Part shown: positions 52,299-64,000 of the stretch, in pieces
Position numbering within the stretch: the first letter of the stretch is position 1
Layout: every line of letters starts with the position of its first letter
DNA from: Eledone cirrhosa
Taxonomy: Eukaryota
DNA: 64,000 bases
NCBI GenBank assembly: GCA_964016885.1
Contig: OZ024752.1
Location: 9,486,001 to 9,550,000, forward strand
Direction of reading: 5' to 3'
Notes under the pieces: generated by a model
Database searches by the model: none
What the model was told of the DNA's origin: nothing
What the model saw: the letters and a program-made list of their open reading frames with translations, nothing else
Made by a program: the position numbers and the translations under genes

Positions 52299-52703
52299 TA
52301 CCCGGTATCTTAAAATAAAAGATAAATGAATCACACTGATATTGGAAATAAAACGACGAAAACCAACATCCAGTAGATATACATCGAAAGACTTAGATAT
52401 GAAATATTCTTTAACTTTTCCGTTTTCTGAGTAAATACTATAGCAAGTACTGCAAAGCAGAATCACATTCTCACAATTAGATTCTACAAAATCTAATCAA
52501 TTGGTTGAACAATTGCATCTACAACAACGTTATACAATGTCTATTATTCTAATAACAATTTCTAGATGGTTTTACTTTGGAAATCATTGAAACCAGGAAA
52601 AATATGTTGTGAGAAATTCTGGAGATATTTTGGTAACTCATTAATACTAATAATCCAAATATGATTCTCATGATGGTATATAAAAAAAACAGAGGGGTCA
52701 CAC

Positions 52704-53104
52704 TAGACCTGCCAACTCTCTCCGTCCGACTGAGAGATCTTCCTTCCACCCACTTTGGGAGAGGTGAGAAATGTCTTCTCTTGTGAAATTGGATTTAACT
52801 TTCATTATATAAAATCTCCCCGGCGGTGGATTAGCAGTATCAGTAGAGGGTCGGACGCCATGCTTTGACGCAAAGAGTTACGCCTTTTCCATCCTGAGTT
52901 CAAATCCCGCCGAGGTTAACTTTGCCTTTCATCCTTACGGGTCGATAAAATAAAGTACCAGTAATACACTGGGTATTTGCTGGCCTTGTGCCAAAAGTAG
53001 AAACAATTATATAAAATCTCCCCATTTTGCCTCATTTCTCCCCCTTTTGAGGCACTTTTTTTCATGGTACTCCCCGTTTGGGTTTTTATAGTTTGGCAGG
53101 TCTG
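52704..53104. mobile_element. MITE (hAT-like ends) with nested SINE A
   Basis: Ends tagacctgccaac / gtttggcaggtctg; SINE 52822-53005 with 18-bp TSD attatataaaatctcccc. No MITE TSD seen. Confidence 0.65.
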
Positions 53105-53789
53105 ACATACGTTCAGCGAAATATGTAAAAATAAGACACAAGAAAGAGCGTAGAAATATTTACATTCTGTGTTCAAACTTTGCCGAGGTCAACGTCACTT
53201 TTCATTCCCTCGGAATCAATAAAATAAAGTACCAGTCAAATACTGGGGTCGCTATAATCGACTTTCCCCTCCACCAAAATTGCTGGCCTTGTGCTAAAGT
53301 TAGAAAGTATATTTAATATATTTAATATAAGAAATCGATATCGCTATAAACGTCCAGTATCGAAATGCTAAGACTAAATCCGGATAAATTTGCTTTATCT
53401 AACATGTAGTTAAATTACAGTTTGTATATTTTCTATCAATCTTTATTGTCTATCAATGTACTTCATGGGGAAATCAAATAAACTAGGAGAACGTTTAACA
53501 CTTTTTATAGGTTTCTGCTAATTTTAATAGGAATCGTTTCTAATTGATGATTGTGAATACAGAGCAAATAATTAACGTCCACGTATTCTTTTGCTATCGT
53601 TTAGTTACAACATAACTGCAGGTTTCTAAAAGCACTCAGACATTATTGATAATTCCTCACATACTGTATATTGTTTAATTTACCTTAATCTTATCAATAT
53701 CTCATCTAATTCTATTTACAATCTGATAGTTCAACCTATTTCTAACCATAGCATATTGCAGTCTTCTCATTTACCTTTGTTCGCCACCA

Positions 53790-54858
53790 GGTTACATTCC
53801 ACGTTCCGTTATAATATATAGAATAGTTTACATTCGACGTTCCGTTCCATTATAATATATTCACTAGTTTACATTCCACGTTCCACTATAATATATAGAC
53901 TGGTTTACATTCCATGTTCCGTTCCACTATAATATATAGACTGGTTTACATTCCATGTTCCGTTCCACTATAATATATAGACTGGTTTACATTCCATGTT
54001 CCGTTCCGCTATACTATATAGACTGGTTTACATTCCACGTTCCGCTATACTATATAGACTGGTTTACATTCCACGTTCCGCTATACTATATAGACTGGTT
54101 TACATTCCACGTTCCGCTATACTATATAGACCGGTTTACATTCCACGTTCTACTATACTATATAGACCTGTTTACATTCCACGTTCTACTATACTATATA
54201 GACTAGTTTACATTCCACGTTCTACTATACTATATAGAATAGTTTACATTCGACGTTCCGTTCCATTATAATATATTCACTAGTTTACATTCCACGTTCC
54301 ACTATAATATATAGACTGGTTTACATTCCATGTTCCGTTCCGCTATACTATATAAACTGGTTTACATTCCACGTTCCGCTATACTATATAGACTGGTTTA
54401 CATTCCACGTTCCGCTATACTATATAGACCGGTTTACATTCCACGTTCTACTATACTATATAGACCTGTTTACATTCCACGTTCTACTATACTATATAGA
54501 CCTGTTTACATTCCACGTTCTACTATACTATATAGACTAGTTTACATTCCACGTTCTACTATACTATATAGAATAGTTTACATTCCACGTTCCGTTCCAC
54601 TATAATATATCCAGTAGTTTACATTCCACGTTCTACAATAATATATCCACTAGTTTATATTCCACGTTACACTATAATTATCCGCTAGTTTACATTCCAC
54701 GTTCCACTATAATATATCCACTAGTTTACATTCCACGTTCCGCTATAATATATCCACTAGTTTACATTCCACGTTCCGCTATAATATATCCTCTGGGCTA
54801 CATCCCACGTTCCGCTATAATATATCCTCTGGGCTATATCCCACGTTCCACTCCGCTC
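53790..54858. repeat. 36/41-bp minisatellite ggtttacattccacgttccgctatactatatagact
   Basis: Seen directly; includes a higher-order block duplication. Confidence 0.95.
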
Positions 54859-56305
54859 CACCATCTGTGGCAACCTACATCTATTGAGAACTTTCATTTT
54901 CAATGATATGGGATACATTATTATTATTATGAGTTCAAATCCCGTCGAGGTTAACTTTGCCTTTCATCCTTACGGGGTCGATAAAATAAAGTACCAGTCA
55001 CGCACTGGGGTCGATTTAATCTTTTCCTCTCCCCCAAAATTGCTGATCTTGTGCCTATATAAAAAACCAATAAAAAAAGCTGTTGGTTATTGTGAGACAG
55101 AACATATATACTCATTATTTTAAACTGGAATTTATTTTAAACTAGGGCGGTGGATTTGCAGTATCGGTAGAGAGTCGGTCGCCATGCTTTCCAGCATAGT
55201 TACGCCCCTTTACGGTCTGAGTTCAAATCCCGCCGAGGTTTACTTTGCCTTTCATCCTTACGGGGTCGATAAAATAAAGTACCAGTAATGCACTGGGTAT
55301 TTGCTGGCCTTGTGCCTAAAGTAGAAACAATTGTTTTAAACTGGAATATTTAACCTTTGAATATATGTTTGGCTTTTGTTTAACATTTACATCCAGTTCA
55401 CGATGGAATTTATGCACTTCTTAACACATTTTACAAGAGTGATCATGAAAAAGGAAAAAGAAATCCTTAAATAAAGATAAAATTGAAATATCTAAATCCG
55501 CCAAAAAGCTGGCAATGTCTTTGTCGATTTATGTTCTTATTCAACGAAATATTAATCTCTCACTACAGTTCTTCAATCAAATAGCTTTTAGACGATCACG
55601 GAACCTAGGACAAGATACTCTTTGAAATATTAATACATTCAACATTATTATTCTAAGAATTTATTTCTGTCATTATCTTTCGCCATGGAAAGTATTATGG
55701 GCTGATGTTAAATTATTTTTCCACTCTATTACTAAATATTGTATATATTTAAAAAAAAGATTTATAATATATCCTTGTCTTGAGCTTCTTCGTTGCAATC
55801 CATCAAAATAAGTTCGGTACTTTTGAATGAAATTTTTGACATTTCAAAAAATATAATTCTTGGAATCAGTTCTTGTTTTATCATTTATTATATTTTAAGT
55901 TTCGTTTCCGACATTTTCTTTTCACTGATGTTTTGTTTTCATACGCAAACGAAAGAGAGATTAAAGTGTAAATGTCTTTTTGTTTGTGTGTTTCTGAGCA
56001 TGCGCCAGCGCTGCAGAAATGAAACTAATCAATAAATAAAACAACTAAATATATATATATATATATATAAAGAAAAACAGGAGAAATAATTAATTTTGTG
56101 TACAGTTCTGACATTTCATGAATAAAATAAATCTATTATGATTTAGAAAAGAAGAGTTAGTACAGTGGTTAGAGATAGGATGGTGTTTAGAGAAGTGTAA
56201 GAGGTTACAGAGAGACGATAGAGGCTTTATATACACACACACACACATATATATATATATGTATATATATATATATTACATACATATATATTACATACAC
56301 ATACA

Positions 56306-56917
56306 TATGGTGGCTGCCAACTCGTTTTCGAGTACAGCCACTACTTTATATCCATGTAGGAGAACCCCTACCGATGCGCTGAACAAGTGTGACTTTTTAG
56401 TCCAGCCAGCGACTTGAAAACTCTGGTACAAACACTACACCTGTGACAATTATTGACACATAGTGCTGGGCCCATGGTACCATGTGACGACAAGTGCAGA
56501 GAGATCTCCAGATATAAAGCAATGCCTGTGCCGTGAAGCTTTTATAGTGAGCAAAGGCACTGCACAAAGCCAGTCCCACTCTCTTAACCAAGATGATATT
56601 TACCAAAAAGAATAACAAGTCAACATCATTGGATACCATCAGGGTTGCAGGTGTTATATCAGAGTTTTCCTTCTCCTTGAATTCTGCCTTGACAAAGGCT
56701 AAGGGGTCATCTCTCCCGGTGATTTTGGATGGCCATTGACTCTTAAGAGCTCCTTTGCCCTTTGACAGGTTTTGTTTTTAGTCCTGCAGGATGTCCAAAG
56801 TCACCCTCCTCACCAAGAAACCTTGGTGGGGTTGCCAGTTTAGTCGCCAATGACCCGACCATGAGACAGGTTGTACTGGGATACATGTTACCAGTAGCAC
56901 CAACTGGTGACCTGACA
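56306..56917 (-). mobile_element. Bipartite RTE-derived SINE
   Basis: Near-identical to 32955-33567. Confidence 0.85.
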
Positions 56918-57031
56918 TATATATATATATACATACACACATACATATATATATATACATACATACACACACACACATACATATACACACACACACACAT
57001 ATATATATATACACACACACACACTATATAT

Positions 57032-57479
57032 ATAAGTATGTGCACGTACATACATATATGTATACAGACGTATTCGGTGCAACCGGCCGATTAACCCACT
57101 CGATATGAAAATTGGGCTACTCAGCCGTTAATATGCATAAGGTAAGTATATACGTTCAACAATCTGGCAGGAAGGTATACGTTGCTGACGATAGCTAATA
57201 AGCTTGAAACTAGTACAGCGTTCCTTTGTCAGTGTTGAACAAACGAGCAACGATGGTTGCTAGACACTACGGCTTAATACGGGATGTTTGTTTACAAACA
57301 CACCGAGCATTATAATAAATGTTCGGTGAATCCATACGTACATATATACATGTGTGCATGTATGTATATATATACATACTACTGTACGTCTGTATACATA
57401 TATGTATGTACGTGTACATACTTATAATTAAGTAACAGCCGTACTAAGAGTGGGAAATGAAATTTCGTTTCATTTTTCC

Positions 57480-57483
<4 letters not shown>
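57032..57483 (+). mobile_element. Second retrozyme-like copy: one monomer (57073-57483) preceded by a short inverted piece
   Basis: Collinear with the reverse complement of 46311-46780; 57032-57072 is the reverse complement of about 57384-57426. Confidence 0.75.
57154..57240 (+). ncRNA. Extended type I hammerhead
   Basis: cgttg-CTGACGA-tagctaataagctt-GAAA-ctag-TA-cagcg; outer stems ctggca/tgtcag and gttcaac/gttgaac. Confidence 0.8.
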
Positions 57484-57561
<78 letters not shown>

Positions 57562-57879
57562 CTGTGTGTGTGTGTGTGTGTGTGTTATATGTATGTATAT
57601 CTATGTATCCCGCTTCTCTTTATTTATGGCAAGTATGGCTTCTGTGGTTAAGGAGTTCACTTCGCCACCTGGTGTTAAGGAGTTCACTTCGCCACCTGGT
57701 GTTTGTGAGTTCACCTCACTGTCTCGCATCTTGGGAAATTGTCTTCTCGGATCCACCATTGTCTTCTAATATACATTCATGTAAATACCTATACATACAC
57801 ATACACACATGCATACACACACATACATACTCACACACAGATACACACATAGACGCACACATATATATATATATACATA

Positions 57880-58265
57880 TAACGGAAGAGTTGTGTGTGG
57901 TAAGGAACCAGATGGACCATAACGCACCAGAGTACTCAATACTTAGGGTAGTAGAGTGAGTAATAGGAGAAAGTATGACCCCCGACGGCAGAGCTCAAGC
58001 CGTTTCGACGGCTATTTCTGGACTTACTTAGGGTAGTAGAGTAGTAAATAGGAAAAAGTACCCCTACCTCCCACCAAATGCCATGATAGACTTAATTGTG
58101 TTTATAACAAACTTTAACCAATCCTCTTGACCACTACATTCTTCCCATATAAAGAAGTACCCCTTGACAAGTTCGGGTATTTATTCACCCGGCTAAAAAT
58201 TCTAATTTAGTCCAAAAATAGCCGTCGAAACGGCTTGAGCTCTGCCGTCGGGGTCATACTTTTTC
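57880..58265. mobile_element. Inverted Penelope-like terminal remnant with decayed hammerhead
   Basis: 57968-58025 is the reverse complement of 58208-58265; acccc-TTGACAA...cggcta/tagccg-GAAA-cggc..gccg-TC-ggggt. Confidence 0.65.
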
Positions 58266-58872
58266 CTATATATATATATATATATATATATATACTTATG
58301 CACAAATTGATAATACAACTAACAAATATTCTTGACTGATTTTTTGTTGGATTTCCAATCTTGAGGTTGTGAGTTCGATTCCTGGACAGGGCGATGCGTT
58401 ATGTCCTTGAGCAAGACACTTTATTTCACGTTGCTCCTTCTACCTGGAGTTGCGACCGATAGATAGTATTAGCAACTGGAAAGACCAATGGAAACATTGT
58501 TTCCTCGGTTCGATTTGATGAAAGTCGATCGATCCTTTGATTGAAAGGCAGGAATAAAATATTTAATAATACCTAGCGGCCCCTATCAAAATACCCTACC
58601 CTCCACACCTTTCCCCCGTACTACAACAGGTGTAAAACGACTGACTTGCAAAATATTTCTTCTCATTCAGCAGAAAACAGTTATTTAGCCCTAGGTAAGT
58701 CTTGATCCAACGATACTATAGCTTCACGTGATTTTTATATTCCAAAGGTGTAACATCTTCCATATACTATGATGCACGTAATTTACCTGTACCTTCAACG
58801 AAACTACACACACCTTTTAAAAGGCCATATAATGGTGCTTGAATTTACAATGAATCAATATATTAAGTTGTA

Positions 58873-59220
58873 ATTGTTGTTGCTGTTGTTGTTGCTGCTG
58901 CTGTTGTTGCTGTTGTTGTTGCTGCTGCTGTTGTTGCTGCTGTTGTTGCTGCTGCTGTTGTTATTGTTGCTGTTGTTGCTGTTGTGGCTGCTGTTGTTGT
59001 TGCTGTTGTTACTGTTGTTGTTACTGTTGTTACTGTTGTTACTGCTGCTGCTGTTGTTTTTGTTGTTGTTCCTGTTGTTTTTGTTGTTCCTGTTGTTGTT
59101 GCTGCTGTTGCTGCTGTTGTTGTGTCGTTGTTGTTGTTGTGTCGTTGTTGTTGCTGTGTCGTTGCTGTTGCCGTTGCTGCTGTTGTTGTTGTTACTGTTG
59201 TTGTTGTTGTTACTGTTGTT
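58873..59220. repeat. (TTG/CTG)n trinucleotide repeat
   Basis: Seen directly. Confidence 0.95.
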
Positions 59221-60174
59221 CTTTATTTCAAAATTCTGTTCCATAAACGCCATTCTCCCAACTTCCTTTGTATATACACACACACCTTGATATACACATA
59301 CATTTGCTCACAGCTTCGTACACACACATACACACACACACACGCACACACGCACACATACACACTCACGCATACAAAACGTTTTTTTAACATTTCAGAT
59401 AGATGTGCTGCGTCACCACCTTTTCAAAACAATATGTCGTACACAAAACGCCATCGTCAGCAATTTTCCAAGAAATGGCAACGTCATTTGACTTTTAAAT
59501 ATATGTAAATACATCTACCACTGTTTGCTAAATTAGGTAAAAATAACAACTATTATCTTACATAAAAAGTAAGACATTGGATCGATTGTAGAAGCAACTC
59601 CGTTCTTATATCAGAATCATTTAGCCTTTAACTCTACAAAACAATTCAGCAATGCTGGTATAGTCACTGCTTCCGCCCCGCTCGCTCTCTCCATCTCTCA
59701 CTATTATGAGCAAATGGGGGCTCAAGCGCTGACCGCCCCGTGGTCCCGGCGAACAGAAGAGAGAAAGGTCTTTCTACGGAGGATCGTGAGAGAGACGCGT
59801 AGGAAGAGCTATTCTAGATTGCAAGGCTACCACCTGCGGGTAACCAGCTCTGTGTCGATGGTGGTGTGTAGGGGGGAGGTCCTAGGGTCAAGGACACCAG
59901 AGGTCAGTTGATTATAATTCTTGCAGTGTCTTCAAAATAGTGCTTATAAGAATATGTATAAAGATTTCTTTTATGAGGCAACACACACACACACACATAT
60001 ATATATATAAACACACAAACATACACATACGCATATATATTTATATATATATATATATGTATATATATACACACGCGCATATATATATATATATATACTC
60101 ACACACACACACATACATACACACACACACATATATATATATATACATACACATACGCACATATATATATATAA

Positions 60175-60205
<31 letters not shown>

Positions 60206-60929
60206 AACACCCACACACATTATATATAAAAACACACACACACATATATATATAATAAAGTACCAGTAATACATTGTGTAATTGCTGGCCTTGTGCCAAA
60301 AGTAGAAACAATTATATATATATACATATATATACATACACACACACACATATATATATATATATACATACATACACATAAACACACACAAATAAACATT
60401 CACACACAAACATATACCCACCCCATATATATATGTATATATATTAATACCGGATTGTAATTTCTGATACAACCCTTAAAAGATGGACGTATTTGAATCC
60501 TGTAGTTATAAGGGAGAAGAAAAAGGGCTTGGTGAGATGACTGTGGTATTTCTACATTCATTACAAGGATAAAAGAAATGAATTTTCATGCTCTGATAAC
60601 ACCGTGAAACAAAACATTTTTTTTCTCTGTTCCTGGCTTGTAATCACTTTTTTGTGTTGCTTAGGTCCCAAATAAATAAAAAAGTGCTATTAAACAGTTA
60701 AAAGTTTGGATTTGTAAACATTCTAAGCTATTCACTAGAATTATTTGTTTGCTGGATTTTACGTTGTATGTAAGTTTAATTTGCTTATGTTAAATGATTT
60801 TTTTTATATGTTTCAGGTTAAATTAAAATTATAAAATAAAGAGTAATACCTAAAGAAAATTATAAAAGTGCAATAAAGTATAAAATTGTTAAAAAGTGGA
60901 TTAAAGAGATTTATTGATACTGGATTTTC

Positions 60930-62047
60930 GCACCCTGAATAAAGGGCAAGTTGTGTTTTAAGCATTCGTCTCCAGGATGAAGCAGTGGAACTTGGTAATG
61001 GAGGATGTCCAGATGACTAGTCAGAGAAGTCGACACAGACCTTTCTCAGGCTTTTACACTCTTAGGGATGGCTTCTGCTTCTGCCATGACGGGCCTGGAC
61101 TGTTTGACGTTATTGTGGTGCCGTTTGTGCCCAAAGAGTGGCGGCTATTTATAGACAGCTCCACCACAAGTTTGAAGGCTGTCCTCCTCCACAATGGAAA
61201 CAAGTTCCCGACACTGCCCCTAGCTCATTCAGTCTGCCTGAAGGAAGATTACTACAGTGTGAATGTCCTCTTGGAAGCTCTGCAATAAAACCAGTACAAT
61301 TGGAAAATCATTGGAGACTTTACTGCTTAGACTCCAAGGAGGCTTTATCAAATTCCAATGCTTCCCCTGCTTTTGGAAGAGCAGAGCCACCTCTGACCAC
61401 TACAAAAGAAAGAACTGGGAGCAGCGAACAGAATTTGTAGTTGGGACCCGGAACGTCATGTGGGAGCCACTGGTTGATCCCAGGATTGTGCTCATGCCGC
61501 CACTGCACATTAAGTTGGGGTTGATGAAGCACTTTGTGAAGGCTCTCAACCAAGAATCAGCCGCTTTTAAGTACCTTCTTGAGTTCTTCTCCAAGTTATC
61601 TGAGGCCAAAATCAAAGGTGAAATTTTTGTTGGACCTCAGATAAAGAAGGTGTTTGAGTCTACCGAGTTCTCCAATAATAAGCTCAATAGGATTGAGAGA
61701 ACAGCATGGAACTGTTTCAAGGTAGTTGTTAAGGGCTTCCTGGGCAACTGCAGAGCTGAAAACTACCAGCAACTGGTGCAGGATCTGATAAAGGCTTTTG
61801 GCGCCATGGGATGCAGGATGTCGCTTAAACTCCATATGCTGGACGCTCACCTGGAAAAATTCAAGGACAATATGGGCGCCTACTCAGAAGAACAAGGCGA
61901 ACGATTCCACCAAGATGTGAAAGAGAGAGAGAGGGGAGGTACCAGGGCCACTACAATGAAAAAATGATGGGGGACTATATCTGGGGTCTAGTGCGAGAAT
62001 GCGACCTGGACTACAACCGCAAATCCAGGAAATCCAGTCATTTCTGA
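60930..62047 (+). pseudogene. Chapaev3-like transposase pseudogene
   Basis: WRLFIDSSTTSLKAVLLHNGN, PPLHIKLGLMKHFVKAL, MSLKLHMLDAHL, SEEQGERFHQD; stop at 61288, frameshifts, N-terminus missing. Confidence 0.85.
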
Positions 62048-62669
62048 CGTGTATAAGTTGCGTTATAAGTGTTATTTGTTTTTACTTGTTAGCTTTTGAT
62101 AAGCTTGCGTAATAAAATAAATATATACTCTGTTGATTTAATTATATGAACTGATAAATTAAAAAAAAATGTGTTTTTTTCTTGAAAAATATGAAAATTT
62201 CGAAATATCAAACTCCTGACCACAAACCCAAACTTCTGATTAAATAAGTGTTTTTTTTAAAATAATTGTTTCTACTTTAGGCACAAGGCCAGCAATTATC
62301 CAGTACATTACTGGTACTTTATTTTATCGACCCCGTAAGGATGAAAGGCAAAGTTAACAAAGTGTTTTTTAAAAATAATAATGGGATATAACAAACCACG
62401 AAATGACACTTAGAACCGGCGAACAAAAAATATGTTACACGACGAACAAAAAATATGTTACATATTGGTGAAATATATTTCTTCAGTGGAATATATACAA
62501 AGGAGTTTAATCACTATTGCAAGGTATCTATATTCAAGGTTCTTAATTTTTATTATGTTACCTCCGCAACTATGTGTGTTTACACTCTTTACAAATTATC
62601 CCATGTAATTATATGTATATATATATATAATATTAATAAATGGAAACTATATTTATAAAACCATATTTA

Positions 62670-62730
62670 TTTCATTATATATATTTCAAGGATACCAAGT
62701 TAAATCATGGTATGCCTTCATCAGACAAAA
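62670..62730 (-). ncRNA. Type I hammerhead ribozyme
   Basis: ttttgt-CTGATGA-aggcatacca/tggtatcctt-GAAA-tatata-TA-atgaaa; same family as 45858. Confidence 0.8.
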
Positions 62731-63132
62731 TACAATATATAACAGTGTTACAAATAGATATTGACGTACCCTTTCGAAAAGGTGACCGTTGTTTTTGGAG
62801 GCCATCCGGATAGTGGTTTGTTTACTTTAGTAAGTCATAGTGTTAAGAGTAAGTAAAAAGATGGAGAGAGAGAGAAACGTGGAGAAAAGAAAGGGAAAGA
62901 TAGATAAAGAAAAAGAAGAAAGCAAAAAGAAAAGAGAACAGAGGAACAAAAAATATGTTACACGGTGTAATTGAAAATAAATCGGATTTTCAATTTCTCA
63001 GGAGACTAATTCTTACACTTTCGTGCTTGTGTTACATAAACATTTGACTAAACTGCATATCGAAACTATATCGATCTATATAATTATATATGTCTATATA
63101 TTTATATAAAAATCTCTCTCTCTTTCTCTCAT

Positions 63133-63163
<31 letters not shown>

Positions 63164-63516
63164 CTCTCTCGCTCTCTCTCTCTATATATATATATCTATA
63201 TATATATCTATCTATATATATATACAAATCTCTCTCTCTCTCTCTATATATATATAAATCTCTCTCTCTATATATATATATATAAATCTCTCTCTCTATC
63301 TATCTATCTATATATATATCTACATATATATATATATGTTATTTTAATAAATATTTGCTCTACGGTTCTTATATATTTGATATATATTTATCCTTATCGA
63401 GCCCTCTTTGGATTTTAGTCTTCAAATTTATTATTATTACTATATATATATATAGATATATGAATCTCTCTCTCTCTATATATAAATTTCTCTCTCTCTC
63501 TATATATATATATAAA

Positions 63517-63555
<39 letters not shown>

Positions 63556-63905
63556 CTAAATCTCTCTCTCTCTATATATATATCTAAATCTCTCTCTCTC
63601 TCTATATATATCTAAATCTCTCTCTCTCTATATATATATCTGCATATATATATATATAAATCGCTCTCTCTCTCTATATATATATATATATAAATCTCTC
63701 TCTCTGCATATATATATATATATATATATAGTAAGGTGTATTATTGGTTGTGTAAAATGGTCCAATAACTATGTTAGCAATATTAAGTTCTCCACGCTTT
63801 TGTATATCTCCAATTCCATTCGAGGGAACAGCTAGATGATGTAAAACGGAGTATAAGTATCAAAATGAAATTCCGAAGGCAAGGTAAAATTCCAATCATT
63901 TAATA

Positions 63906-63975
63906 ACGACACATGTTTCAATAAGAGATAGATCGATTGTGAAGCCATGATCGATTATCACTGATCTCATCAGGT
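63906..63975 (-). ncRNA. Type I hammerhead, long stem II, weak stem I
   Basis: ac-CTGATGA-gatcagtgataatcgat...atcgatctatctcttatt-GAAA-catgtg-TC-gt. Confidence 0.55.
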
Positions 63976-64000
63976 GAAAATGAATTGTCTTCAAATTCTT

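Larger units (their letters stand above)
60600..62967 (+). mobile_element. Decayed Chapaev3-like (CMC) DNA transposon
   Basis: Termini caccgtgaaaca / tgttacacggtg, TAA on both sides (3-bp TSD). Confidence 0.8.

Noticed and set aside
58855-59508. Poly-Asn or poly-Leu protein
   Set aside because: Trinucleotide microsatellite with no splice or homology support.

Overview
AT-rich, repeat-saturated eukaryotic DNA. The SINE types and very high (TA)n/(CA)n/(GA)n content suggest an octopod cephalopod; this is inference from recognition, not a database result. Nearly all long ORFs in the track are artefacts of micro- and minisatellites. The real content is (i) two tRNA-derived SINE groups and a bipartite RTE-derived SINE, (ii) 3' fragments of RTE, Tx1/L1 and R4/Dong-like non-LTR elements, (iii) an Hsmar2-like mariner deletion derivative, several MITEs and a decayed Chapaev3-like transposon, (iv) several minisatellites, two of which are parallel expansions of the same SINE head segment, and (v) a few candidate small + strand exons of a host gene with very large introns. 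The most notable signal is 11 type I hammerhead ribozyme motifs with intact catalytic cores plus several decayed ones, mostly beside (TA)n tracts and often in inverted pairs typical of Penelope-like elements. One non-coding, highly structured unit of about 410-470 nt (46311-47150 and 57032-57483) carries an extended hammerhead and a head-to-tail junction, and looks like a retrozyme/circular-RNA retroelement. Boundaries of decayed repeats are approximate.
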